Shown here: piece after piece, positions 9,977 through 19,019 of the stretch
Layout: every line of letters begins with the position of its first letter
Numbering within the stretch: position 1 is the stretch's first letter
Assembly (NCBI RefSeq): GCF_000196355.1
Contig: NC_007614.1
Span: forward strand, 1,890,001 to 1,922,000
Reading direction: 5' to 3'
Origin: Nitrosospira multiformis ATCC 25196
GTDB taxonomy: Bacteria; Pseudomonadota; Gammaproteobacteria; Burkholderiales; Nitrosomonadaceae
DNA: 32,000 bases
The notes under the pieces: generated by a model
Seen by the model: the letters and a program-made list of their open reading frames with translations, nothing else
What the model was told of the DNA's origin: nothing
The model's database searches: none
Made by a program: the position numbers and the translations under genes

Positions 9977-11338
9977 ATGACGCAGCTTCAATTCCTCGGA
10001 GCAACCGGAACGGTCACCGGATCTAAGTATCTGCTTCAGCATGAAGCAGCAAATATACTTATTGATTGCGGCCTGTTTCAAGGCTACAAGCAACTTCGCT
10101 TGCGTAACTGGAAAGCGTTGCCATTCGATGCCAAAAAGATCAACGCTGTCGTTCTCACGCATGCGCACATTGATCATAGCGGCTATCTGCCCCTGCTGGC
10201 AAAGAACGGGTTTACCGCTCCGGTTTACTGCACCACTGCTACACGTGACCTATGCGAAATCCTGCTTCCTGATAGTGGCCAATTACAGGAGGAAGAGGCG
10301 GAATATGCGAATCGGCATGGCTTTTCAAAGCATAAACCCGCTGCTCCCTTATATACCCGCGCTGACGCTGAACGTTGCTTGCGTTTATTCAAGCCCATCG
10401 ATTTCGATGAAGAAATTGCTGTAGCCGATGATTTGTCGTTGCGTTTGCGCCCTTCCGGCCATATTCTGGGTGCGGCATTGGCATGCCTTAACACTGCTCG
10501 ATCGTCGATTGTTTTTTCAGGTGATCTTGGGCGGCAAAATGATCTGATCATGCCGGCTCCAGCTTCAGTCGGAGGCGCGGATTACCTGGTGGTAGAGTCG
10601 ACTTACGGTAACCGGTCCCATAATCCCTCTGATCCGCAGGATATGCTTGCGGATGTAATTAACCGGACGGTGCAACGTGGTGGTGTCGTCGTTATTCCCA
10701 CCTTCGCGGTAGGCCGCGCGCAAAGCCTGCTGTATTACCTTTATCTATTGAAAAAGGCAGGCACTATTCCCCCGGAATTGCCTGTTTTTCTGAATAGCCC
10801 CATGGCAGTAGACGCGACTGAGATATTTCGCAACCACTTGGATGAGCATCGCTTATCTACTGCGGAATGCGAAGCGATGTGCCGAATGTCCCACATAATC
10901 ACCAGTGGATTGGAATCCAAGAGGTTGAATAACCGCCCAGGTCCCATGGTAATTCTGGCCGGGAGCGGCATGGCCACCGGCGGACGAGTAGTGCACCACC
11001 TCAAGGCGTTTGCTCCGGATCCGCGCAACACCATTTTATTTTCCGGTTTCCAGGCAGGCGGCACGCGCGGTGCGTCCATGCTGCAGGGGGCAGAACAGGT
11101 GAAGATTCATGGGCAATATGTGCCCATACGAGCGGAAATTGCGCTGATCGATAATATATCCGCACACGCCGACGCAAATGAGATCATGATTTGGTTAAAA
11201 CAATTTAAAACAGCACCACAACGGACTTTTGTCACCCATGGGGAACCTGCTGCAGCGGACGCACTGCGGCTTCGCATACAGGAAGAACTCCAGTGGGATG
11301 CGTATGTGCCCGACTACCTGGAGATTGCTCCGTTTTAA
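9977..11338 (+). CDS. Metallo-beta-lactamase fold, beta-CASP family nuclease (RNA-processing type)
   Basis: 453 aa with MBL motif 2 HAHIDHSG, then SGHILGAA, FSGDLG, ESTYG and a C-terminal VTHGEP histidine motif. Size and motif order match stand-alone bacterial beta-CASP proteins. Confidence 0.85.
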   Translation: MTQLQFLGATGTVTGSKYLLQHEAANILIDCGLFQGYKQLRLRNWKALPFDAKKINAVVLTHAHIDHSGYLPLLAKNGFTAPVYCTTATRDLCEILLPDSGQLQEEEAEYANRHGFSKHKPAAPLYTRADAERCLRLFKPIDFDEEIAVADDLSLRLRPSGHILGAALACLNTARSSIVFSGDLGRQNDLIMPAPASVGGADYLVVESTYGNRSHNPSDPQDMLADVINRTVQRGGVVVIPTFAVGRAQSLLYYLYLLKKAGTIPPELPVFLNSPMAVDATEIFRNHLDEHRLSTAECEAMCRMSHIITSGLESKRLNNRPGPMVILAGSGMATGGRVVHHLKAFAPDPRNTILFSGFQAGGTRGASMLQGAEQVKIHGQYVPIRAEIALIDNISAHADANEIMIWLKQFKTAPQRTFVTHGEPAAADALRLRIQEELQWDAYVPDYLEIAPF

Positions 11339-11653
11339 ACTCAATCTTGGATGCAGCAAGTATTGTTATGCCTTGAATACTAAGCGCCAGGACACAGGTG
11401 ACAAATCATCTGGGAGGTAGTGTTTTATTCCAGTCAGGAATGGTTGAGCTGTCACGCCTGTTCGGGCTTAAAAGCTTCAATCTGTACAGCTCCTTGATGG
11501 CTCATTTAAACGTCAGGCCTGATCTCTCCCTTGTTTTTCTTATGGCCTCATCTATAAATGATAATGGATGGGACAAAGTGGGTTTGAACAATCATAAAAC
11601 CGGCGCTATGTAGAATAGTTGCCAGACGAAAGCGACACTCTGCCAAGTTTCAT

Positions 11654-12781
11654 ATGTCTGATCATCGAGACGCCCTCGAAAACCTTAATCATCACGCCCC
11701 CCTCTCTGAAAAGCTGAAAACTTTGCACGCCGCGCTTGGCAAGCGCTTCACGTTCATAGACCGGGTGGCGGTGGCTATCTACGACCCCAAGACGGATGAG
11801 CTCAAGACCTTTATCCACAGCAGTGGAGAAGCCAATCCGCTTGTCAACTATCAGGCCAAGCTGAGTCAAGCCCGCTCGTTGCAGAAGATCCGGGAAAGTG
11901 GCAAACCTCGCGTCGTGAATGACTTGACGATATTTGTCAAAGGCACCCAAGAGCATACGCATCGCATTGCAACCGAGGGCTATGGTGCGAGTTATACGGT
12001 GCCGATGTATTTCAATGGCGATTTCTTTGGATTCGTTTTTTTCAACTCTTACCGCACGAACGTTTTTGACGAAGAGGTATTGCACCTCCTCGATATGTTT
12101 GCCCATCTGATCTCTCTGGTCGTGATGGGGGAACTGGCCTCGCTGCGTACACTAATTTCTGGCGTCCATGCCGCGCGCAACTTCGCTAACATGCGCGATA
12201 CGGAAACAGGCGCCCATCTCGAACGAATGTCGCGCTATGCGCGTATCGTGGCAAAAGAGCTTGCGCCAAAGTATGGCTTCGATGACGAGTACGTTGAGCA
12301 GATATTTTTGTTCTCCCCGCTGCACGATATCGGGAAAATTGGCATTCCCGATAGCATCCTGCTCAAGGCCGGCTTGCTCGAGCCCGGCGAACGGGAGATC
12401 ATGAAAACGCACTCGGAAAAGGGCCGGCAGCTGATCGATAGCCTGCTGCGCGATTTTCGATTGGATTCCTTTGGATATCTCAACATTCTTCGCAACATTG
12501 CAGAACACCACCACGAAACCCTGGACGGAGAAGGTTATCCGCATCGGCTGCGAGGCGGGGAGATTCCCATTGAGTCCCGCATCGTCGCCGTGGCGGATGT
12601 GTTTGACGCGCTTACCAGCAAGCGTCCCTATAAGGAAGCGTGGAACATGGATGAGGCTTTCCAGGAATTGCGCAAGCTTGCAGGCAGCAAGCTCGACTCC
12701 GATTGTGTCGAGGCGCTTATCAAGAACAGGGTCCAGCTGGAAGAGATTAGGAATCGCTTCCAGGAACCCTCGTTCTCCTGA
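11654..12781 (+). CDS. GAF-domain / HD-GYP-domain protein (predicted c-di-GMP phosphodiesterase)
   Basis: 375 aa. The N-terminal ~150 aa are GAF-like. The C-terminal HD-GYP domain has SPLHDIGKIGIP (HD) and HHETLDGEGYP (GYP). Confidence 0.85.
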   Translation: MSDHRDALENLNHHAPLSEKLKTLHAALGKRFTFIDRVAVAIYDPKTDELKTFIHSSGEANPLVNYQAKLSQARSLQKIRESGKPRVVNDLTIFVKGTQEHTHRIATEGYGASYTVPMYFNGDFFGFVFFNSYRTNVFDEEVLHLLDMFAHLISLVVMGELASLRTLISGVHAARNFANMRDTETGAHLERMSRYARIVAKELAPKYGFDDEYVEQIFLFSPLHDIGKIGIPDSILLKAGLLEPGEREIMKTHSEKGRQLIDSLLRDFRLDSFGYLNILRNIAEHHHETLDGEGYPHRLRGGEIPIESRIVAVADVFDALTSKRPYKEAWNMDEAFQELRKLAGSKLDSDCVEALIKNRVQLEEIRNRFQEPSFS

Positions 12782-13065
12782 ATGAGGTGCCTGGACCCAG
12801 AGCCGAGAATGCCGGCACACTACGGCAGTGCCCCTCTCGACGGATCTCCTTGCTGTACTAACTGCCATTCCATTGGCTGCATTAAGAGGAGAGTGCTTTT
12901 TTTAAAGGCTGCCAAAACAAGCAAGGAATTGAAGATCAAGGTGGAAGGTCGGCATTCTAAGGCGGCGAAATCCCCCTTGAGTCCGGCCAGCTATTTGCAC
13001 TTCAGGCTAAATGCCCCCTTCAATTAAGATTGAATTGACTGGAAATTGGGTAGACAATATTTTTT

Positions 13066-13302
13066 ATGTGTCTCGGTATCCCCATGCAGATAATCGAAGT
13101 CGATGGCTTTAACGCGCTTTGCGAAGCAAAAGGCGTAAGGCGCGAGGTGAGCCTATACCTGGTTCAGGACGAGCAGGCTGCAATTGGTGATTTCGTCATG
13201 GTGCACGTGGGATACGCCATCCAGAAAATAAACGAAAGCGAGGCGCGCTCAGCCTGGGAGCTTCACGACGAGTTGCTTGCTGCCGGGGCGGACGATGCAT
13301 GA
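13066..13302 (+). CDS. hypC: [NiFe]-hydrogenase maturation chaperone HypC
   Basis: 78 aa with the invariant N-terminus MCLGIPMQI (Cys2). Confidence 0.95.
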   Translation: MCLGIPMQIIEVDGFNALCEAKGVRREVSLYLVQDEQAAIGDFVMVHVGYAIQKINESEARSAWELHDELLAAGADDA

Positions 13303-13642
13303 ATTCTCTATCTGCCAAGCTTTGATCACACAGGTCGAGCAGATTGCGATCAGCCACGGAGCGTTGAAGGTGCAATCGGTAAAGCTCCGGATCGGTTCCC
13401 TCTCTGGCGTGGAACTGCCGCTGCTTGAGCATGCGTATCCTTTTGCCAGCGCGGGTACCCTGGTAGAGGGTTCTACGCTTGAAATAGAGCGTGCTCCACT
13501 CAAAGTAAATTGCGAAGCATGCGGCCTCGAATCAGAGGTTAAGGCAAATTTGCTCACATGCCGCATGTGTGGGAGTTGTCTGATCAGAGTTGTGAGTGGC
13601 GAGGAATTGACGCTCATGAGTGTTGAATTGATCACCACTTGA
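13295..13642 (+). CDS. hypA: Hydrogenase nickel-insertion protein HypA
   Basis: ATG 13295 (MHEFSICQALI...) overlaps the hypC stop by 8 nt. It has the MHE Ni-site N-terminus and a Zn site CEACG...CRMCGSC. The track ORF start at 13277 is probably too far upstream. Confidence 0.9.
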   Translation: MHEFSICQALITQVEQIAISHGALKVQSVKLRIGSLSGVELPLLEHAYPFASAGTLVEGSTLEIERAPLKVNCEACGLESEVKANLLTCRMCGSCLIRVVSGEELTLMSVELITT

Positions 13643-13660
13643 AGTCTCGGGAGGTCTGGA

Positions 13661-14467
13661 ATGTGCAACACGTGTGGTTGCAACATCACACCCGGTAACC
13701 GGGAATTTGCTTATAAGCCGGTAAACGGCATGACCCCGGTTTCGGTCCTGAAGAACCTGCTGGCCAAAAATAATGACCAAGCGGAACACAACCGCCGGCA
13801 TTTCGACAGGCATCGGCTGCTGACAGTAAACCTGATGTCATCCCCTGGCGCCGGCAAGACGGCCTTGCTGGAAGCGTCCATTGATGCTTTGCGTGACAAG
13901 TACCGTATCGGTGTGATCGAGGGTGATCTGGAAACCGAAAACGATGCGGTGCGCATCCGCGCCAGAGGAGCGCCGGCATACCAGATCACTACAGGATCGG
14001 CGTGCCATCTCGATGCCCACATGGTGCACGACGCATTGCATGAATTTCCGCTGGAGGAACTGGATATCCTGTTTATCGAGAACGTAGGCAACCTCGTGTG
14101 CCCGGCAAGCTTTGATCTGGGCCAGCATAGGAATGTCACTCTGCTCTCTGTCACGGAAGGCGATGATAAGCCCGCAAAATACCCCGTGATGTTCCGCGCC
14201 GCGGATGCGGTAATTCTCACCAAAAGCGACCTATTGCCAGTGCTGGATGACTTTGATCCGGCTCGAGCAGAACTCAGTCTTCGCAACCTGGGTAGCCGAG
14301 CACCGGTAATCAGGCTTTCCGCCCGGAAGAATCTGAACCTCGGTGATTGGCTTGATTGGCTTATCGGCGAACTGGTGCAGAAACGGGGGAAATTAGCTGC
14401 GGACGTTCTGGCACAACCTGTGGCAGACCCGCAATCGATATTGTCCAATACGGGAATGGGCGGATGA
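13661..14467 (+). CDS. hypB: Hydrogenase nickel-incorporation GTPase HypB
   Basis: 268 aa with the N-terminal metal site MCNTCGC, P-loop SSPGAGKT, ENVGNLVCP and TKSD. No His-rich tract is present. Confidence 0.95.
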   Translation: MCNTCGCNITPGNREFAYKPVNGMTPVSVLKNLLAKNNDQAEHNRRHFDRHRLLTVNLMSSPGAGKTALLEASIDALRDKYRIGVIEGDLETENDAVRIRARGAPAYQITTGSACHLDAHMVHDALHEFPLEELDILFIENVGNLVCPASFDLGQHRNVTLLSVTEGDDKPAKYPVMFRAADAVILTKSDLLPVLDDFDPARAELSLRNLGSRAPVIRLSARKNLNLGDWLDWLIGELVQKRGKLAADVLAQPVADPQSILSNTGMGG

Positions 14468-15621
14468 CACTTACCGCTCAGGAGTGGCTAAAAAAAATCC
14501 ATGAGCTGCCACTCGATCGCCCTGTACGTATCATGAACGTATGCGGAGGCCATGAGCGTTCGATTACCATGGCAGGAATCCGAAGCGCCCTGCCGGAATG
14601 TGTCGAACTCATCGCCGGGCCAGGGTGCCCGGTCTGTGTCTGCCCTGAAGAAGATGTATACCAGGCGATTCAGCTCGCGCTGCGCACCGATATGATTCTG
14701 GTCACTTTCGGTGATATGCTGCGCGTGCCCGTGAACGTGCCGAAGAAAGAAGTGCGATCCCTGGAGCAGGCCAAGGCAGCAGGAGCGGATGTGCGTCCCA
14801 TTGCCAGTCCGCGCGAAGCAGTCAGGATAGCTCAGCAAAACGCGAAACGACAAGTCGTTTTCTTTGCTGCGGGTTTTGAGACCACCACAGCCCCGGTAGC
14901 AGCCATGCTGCTGGAGGGGGTACCGGACAATTTATCCATCCTGTTGTCAGCGCGGCGCACATGGCCTGCGGTCGCAATGCTGCTTGATTCTGATGCACCA
15001 GGCTTCGATGGGTTGGTGGCGCCCGGTCATGTTTCCACTGTCATGGGGCCGGAGGAGTGGAATTTCGTCTTCGAAAAGCATGACATTCCCACTGCCGTTG
15101 CCGGCTTCCAGCCCGTGTCACTGCTAGCCGCCATGTATTCCGTATTACGCCAACTGCTTGAAGGGAAGCGTTTTCTGGATAATTGTTATCCTGAGTTAGT
15201 GCGGCCCGGGGGAAATCGAGCCGCACAGGCGCAACTCGCGGAAGCATTGAATGACACGGATGCCAACTGGCGCGGCATTGGTGTTATCCCATCTTCCGGT
15301 TTCAGTCTCCAAAAGCGCTTCGCAAAGAACGATGCGCGACTTCAATTCCCCGATTTCGATACAGAGAACCGCAAGCGCGCTGGCCAGATGCCGCCCGGTT
15401 GCGAATGCGCGAGCGTAGTCCTTGGAAGAATAAATCCAAACCAGTGCAAGATTTATGGCCATGCCTGCACACCGAAAACACCTGTGGGCCCGTGCATGGT
15501 GTCGGACGAAGGTGCTTGCCGCATCTGGTGGGCAGCAGGCGTACGGGAGAACACGGCCACTGGAGTGAAGACGGTGGCAGATAGCTCTTCTATTCCGGTG
15601 TTACCTGAGAAGCCAGAATAA
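14464..15621 (+). CDS. hypD: Hydrogenase maturation Fe-S protein HypD
   Basis: ATG 14464 forms an ATGA overlap with the hypB stop. Motifs CGGHE and GPGCPVCV, plus C-terminal Cys clusters (PGCECA; CTPKTPVGPCMVSDEGAC). The track ORF start at 14356 lies inside hypB. Confidence 0.9.
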   Translation: MTLTAQEWLKKIHELPLDRPVRIMNVCGGHERSITMAGIRSALPECVELIAGPGCPVCVCPEEDVYQAIQLALRTDMILVTFGDMLRVPVNVPKKEVRSLEQAKAAGADVRPIASPREAVRIAQQNAKRQVVFFAAGFETTTAPVAAMLLEGVPDNLSILLSARRTWPAVAMLLDSDAPGFDGLVAPGHVSTVMGPEEWNFVFEKHDIPTAVAGFQPVSLLAAMYSVLRQLLEGKRFLDNCYPELVRPGGNRAAQAQLAEALNDTDANWRGIGVIPSSGFSLQKRFAKNDARLQFPDFDTENRKRAGQMPPGCECASVVLGRINPNQCKIYGHACTPKTPVGPCMVSDEGACRIWWAAGVRENTATGVKTVADSSSIPVLPEKPE

Positions 15622-15706
15622 GCGGCGCAGGTTTACGGCAAGAGGCTTGGAAGCCGGACGCATTATATCCTGTTCGGTTCTTTTCTCTCATTTCTCCTGC
15701 TGCCCT

Positions 15707-18019
15707 ATGAATATGAAAGAGGAGCAAATTACTCGACCGTGTAAACCCGAAGCGCGCCGCTGGCTCATAGGGGGGCGGGTGCAGGGCGTGGGTTTTCGCC
15801 CGTTTGTGTACCGTCTGGCGCAGCGATTCCGCTTGACTGGGCATGTGCAGAATACATCCGGCCAGGTGGTGATCGAAGCAGCGGGAAAAAAAAAGCTTCT
15901 GGATGTGTTTGGCGTCGCACTGCTTGCCGAGGCACCCCCTCTTGCTCAACCGGAGATGGTGCACGTTGAGAAAATCCCCTACCTCGAAAGGGATGGCTTC
16001 GAAATCCTGCAAAGCTCTGACAATTCGTCAGGGCGCATTCACATTCCTCCGGATTATTTCTTGTGCGATGACTGTAAGCGGGAAATGCAAACACCGGGTG
16101 ACAGGCGCTATCGCTACCCCTTCATTAACTGCACCCAGTGCGGTCCCCGCTACACGCTGATCACCAAGCTGCCTTACGATCGTCCTAATACGGTGATGAC
16201 AAGCTTCGAATTATGCTCTCAATGCCTGAGAGAGTATGAAGATCCGGGCGACAGGCGTTTTCATGCCGAACCGGTAGCTTGTCCGACATGTGGCCCACAG
16301 CTTTGCCTGTCGGCACCCGAAGGCCGGATTAACGGACCCGCCGCGCTCACAGCTTCTGTTACCGCCCTGCGGCGAGGTGAGATCGTTGCAGTGAAGGGCA
16401 TTGGCGGTTATCACCTGATGTGTGATGCCCGCAACGAGACAGCGATTGGGCAGTTGCGCACAAACAAGCATCGCCCACATAAACCGCTTGCGCTGATGTT
16501 TCCCTGGTGCGGTGATGATGGACTAGCGCAGGTGCGGGATGAATTGGAGATCGATGCTCAAGGGCAAGCATTACTGCGGGCGCCAGCGCGGCCCATCGTG
16601 CTCTTGCGAAGGCGCAGAGATTCAATGTTGCCTCGATCTATCACCCCCGGGATAAGGGAAATCGGTGTAATGCTCCCCTATAGTCCCCTGCATCATTTGT
16701 TGCTCCATGAACTGGATAAACCGGTAGTGGCCACCTCGGGAAATGTGAGCGGAGAGCCAGTACTGACCGCTAATGCAGAGGCGGAAACGCGGTTGGCCCG
16801 AGTGACTCGGGTTTTTCTTCATCATAATCGCCCCATTGCGCGTCCCGCGGATGATCCGGTGGTCCGTGTCATTGCAGGAAAGCCTCGTTTGGTTCGAGTG
16901 GGACGCGGCGTTGGCCCGGTTGAATTCGACCTGCCTGGCCTGTTTGTGCAGCCATTGCTGGCTGTGGGCGGGCATATGAAAAACAGCATCGCCTTGGGCT
17001 GGAATGGGCGGGCCATCCTTTCTCCCCATATCGGGGACCTGGATGCTCCCCGAAGCATGGCAGTATTCGAACAGGTCATTTCGGATTTGCAGCGATTGTA
17101 TGGCGCTTTCCCGCAGGCTATTGTTTGCGATGCCCATAAAGGGTATGCCAGCAGCCGCTGGGCGGATCGGCAGGGCTTGCCACTCATTCCCGTCTGGCAT
17201 CATCATGCCCATGCATCTGCTTTGGCGGCTGAACATTCGCGAGAACTTACATGGTTGACTTTCACCTGGGATGGCGTCGGCTTGGGGGAAGACAATACCC
17301 TTTGGGGAGGCGAAGCATTGCTTGGTCGGCCAGGAGTCTGGCGCCGAGTCGCCCGCCTGTGTCCTTTCCGGCTACCAGGAGGCGAGCGGGCAGGCCGGGA
17401 ACCGTGGCGTTCTGCTGCTGCCCTTTGCTGGGAAAGCGGAATAGAGCCTCCTGCCATGGGAATCCGCCTGGAACTGCTAAAAAAAGCCTGGAAAAAAGGA
17501 CTGAATTCGCGCGTCACCACTGCAGGGGGACGTCTTTTTGACGGCGCTGCCAGCCTGCTCGGGTTACTCAGACATGCGAGTTACGAGGGCCAGGCGGGGA
17601 TGTATCTGGAAAATATTGCAGACGCCTGCGATTCAGAAAGCGAGGTGGATGTAATTGATCTGCCTCTTTTCCAAAGTGCTACCGGTTTGCTCACCGCGGA
17701 CTGGAAACCGTTGCTCCCCGCGCTGCTCAATGAGGCGATTCCGGTTGCGCGAAGGGCAATGCAATTTCACTTAAGTCTTGCAAATTCCATTATGGTCCAA
17801 GCGCAACGTATTCATGCATCAACACCGTTTGATCGGGTAGGCCTGACCGGCGGGGTTTTCCAGAACAAACTGCTTGCCGAGTTGGCTGTTTCACAACTGA
17901 CAGCTGCCGGGTTTGAAGCATATTTGCCGGAAAGAACCCCTTGCAATGATGGAGGCATTGCGCTGGGTCAATTGGTCGAAGCAGCTGCGGGCCTCGAAGC
18001 AGGTGCGCATGGAGGATAG
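15707..18019 (+). CDS. hypF: Carbamoyltransferase HypF
   Basis: Acylphosphatase domain (GRVQGVGFRPFVYRLA) and two Zn-finger pairs (CDDCKREM..CTQCGPRY; CSQCLREY..CPTCGPQ), followed by long YrdC/Kae1-like regions. The start is set at ATG 15707; TTG 15647 is the upstream alternative. Confidence 0.9.
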   Translation: MNMKEEQITRPCKPEARRWLIGGRVQGVGFRPFVYRLAQRFRLTGHVQNTSGQVVIEAAGKKKLLDVFGVALLAEAPPLAQPEMVHVEKIPYLERDGFEILQSSDNSSGRIHIPPDYFLCDDCKREMQTPGDRRYRYPFINCTQCGPRYTLITKLPYDRPNTVMTSFELCSQCLREYEDPGDRRFHAEPVACPTCGPQLCLSAPEGRINGPAALTASVTALRRGEIVAVKGIGGYHLMCDARNETAIGQLRTNKHRPHKPLALMFPWCGDDGLAQVRDELEIDAQGQALLRAPARPIVLLRRRRDSMLPRSITPGIREIGVMLPYSPLHHLLLHELDKPVVATSGNVSGEPVLTANAEAETRLARVTRVFLHHNRPIARPADDPVVRVIAGKPRLVRVGRGVGPVEFDLPGLFVQPLLAVGGHMKNSIALGWNGRAILSPHIGDLDAPRSMAVFEQVISDLQRLYGAFPQAIVCDAHKGYASSRWADRQGLPLIPVWHHHAHASALAAEHSRELTWLTFTWDGVGLGEDNTLWGGEALLGRPGVWRRVARLCPFRLPGGERAGREPWRSAAALCWESGIEPPAMGIRLELLKKAWKKGLNSRVTTAGGRLFDGAASLLGLLRHASYEGQAGMYLENIADACDSESEVDVIDLPLFQSATGLLTADWKPLLPALLNEAIPVARRAMQFHLSLANSIMVQAQRIHASTPFDRVGLTGGVFQNKLLAELAVSQLTAAGFEAYLPERTPCNDGGIALGQLVEAAAGLEAGAHGG

Positions 18020-19013
18020 GCACGTCAGCTTGGCCCATGGCAATGGCGGCAGTTACATGCGGGAGCTGATCGAAACCGTGTTTGCGCGCCATCTTTCCAA
18101 CCCCTTGCTCGATGTACAGGCGGATGCCGCGGCCTTACCTCCCATGGATGGGGTGATAATGATAACCACGGATGGCTTTACTGTGCAGCCGCTGGAGTTC
18201 CCGGGGGGCACGATCGGTTCCCTGGCGGTGCACGGAACCGTAAACGACCTGGCCGTATCCGGCGCCCGGCCCTGCTATCTCACGCTCAACGCCTTTATTG
18301 AGGAAGGCTTCGATATGGCGCAGTTGGAACGCATTGTGGCGAGCCTGGCCAGTGCGGCACGGGAGACGAATGTCGCTGTGGTAGCGGGTGACACCAAGGT
18401 TCTTCCGCGCGGGCAAGGGGGCGGGCTGTATCTTGCCGCCACCGGAGTAGGTGTGAGGCCACCAAATCTGGAGCTTGGCCTCGACCGGGTAAAACCGGGA
18501 GACCTCATCCTCGTAAGCGGTCCGGTAGGCGATCATGGCGTTGCCGTTATGCTGGCCCGCGAGCAATTTGGCTTGAGCGGCGAATTGCTGTCGGACGCAG
18601 CCAGTGTGCTTCCCTTGACGCAGGCATTAGTACCGTTGCCGGGCCTGCATTTCATGCGCGACCCCACCCGGGGCGGGCTTGCTACCGTTCTGCATGAAAT
18701 CTGCCGCGCCACAGGACTGGAAACGCGGCTCAACCAGGCGGCGGTTCCGGTACGCGATCAGGTAGCGTCGGTATGCGAAATGCTGGGGTATGATCCTTTT
18801 TACCTGGCTTGCGAAGGGCGGGTGGTGGCGGTGGTGGAATCCCCTCAGGCGAGCGAAGCGCTTGCCCGATTGCAGGCGCTGCCGCAGGGCTGCCAGGCCG
18901 CGATTATTGGAAGTGTGAACCATGGCCGTCCGCACGTCGTACTTGAAACCGAACTGGGGGGAGAGCGTATTCTGGATGAACTGGAGGATGATCCGCTCCC
19001 CCGGATATGCTAG
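18009..19013 (+). CDS. hypE: Hydrogenase maturation protein HypE
   Basis: ATG 18009 (MEDRHVSLAHGNGG...) overlaps hypF by 11 nt. The body is AIR-synthase-like, and the protein ends in the HypE-specific PRIC. Confidence 0.93.
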   Translation: MEDRHVSLAHGNGGSYMRELIETVFARHLSNPLLDVQADAAALPPMDGVIMITTDGFTVQPLEFPGGTIGSLAVHGTVNDLAVSGARPCYLTLNAFIEEGFDMAQLERIVASLASAARETNVAVVAGDTKVLPRGQGGGLYLAATGVGVRPPNLELGLDRVKPGDLILVSGPVGDHGVAVMLAREQFGLSGELLSDAASVLPLTQALVPLPGLHFMRDPTRGGLATVLHEICRATGLETRLNQAAVPVRDQVASVCEMLGYDPFYLACEGRVVAVVESPQASEALARLQALPQGCQAAIIGSVNHGRPHVVLETELGGERILDELEDDPLPRIC

Positions 19014-19019
19014 AAATGA

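Noticed and set aside
9914-10177. Upstream part of the 200-aa minus-strand track ORF 9575-10177
   Set aside because: This portion overlaps the well-supported MBL gene start on the opposite strand. Only the part downstream of ATG 9913 is discussed, as a low-confidence finding.
11398-11613. 71-aa + strand ORF (GTG start) in the MBL/HD-GYP intergenic region, and a possible TTGAAC-N17-TATGTA / TAGAAT promoter at 11584-11616
   Set aside because: The ORF has no SD or family resemblance. The promoter hexamers match the consensus poorly or have wrong spacing, so neither is reported as a feature.
12814-12827. Sigma-54-like GGCAC-N-GGCA element upstream of hypC
   Set aside because: The GG-to-GC spacing is one nucleotide short of the -24/-12 consensus, and the -12 region lacks TTGC.
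12152-12868. 238-aa minus-strand ORF opposite the HD-GYP gene (also 13711-14448 opposite hypB, 16622-17236 opposite hypF, 20214-20807 opposite hoxF, 22085-22681 opposite hoxH)
   Set aside because: All lie antisense to genes with clear catalytic motifs, and none shows motifs or plausible starts of its own.
12782-13027. 81-aa ORF starting immediately after the HD-GYP stop (TGA-ATG) with a Cys cluster (CCTNCHSIGC)
   Set aside because: It uses many rare AGG/AGA Arg codons, contains a T8 run, and shows no recognisable family. It falls in the spacer that should carry the hyp promoter. I treated it as non-coding, but a small-protein search could revisit this.
13020-13038. Inverted repeat TCAATT-N7-AATTGA 28-46 nt upstream of hypC (possible FNR/CRP-type site)
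   Set aside because: It does not match the TTGAT-N4-ATCAA consensus, its arms are only 6 bp and AT-rich, and no usable -10 lies downstream.
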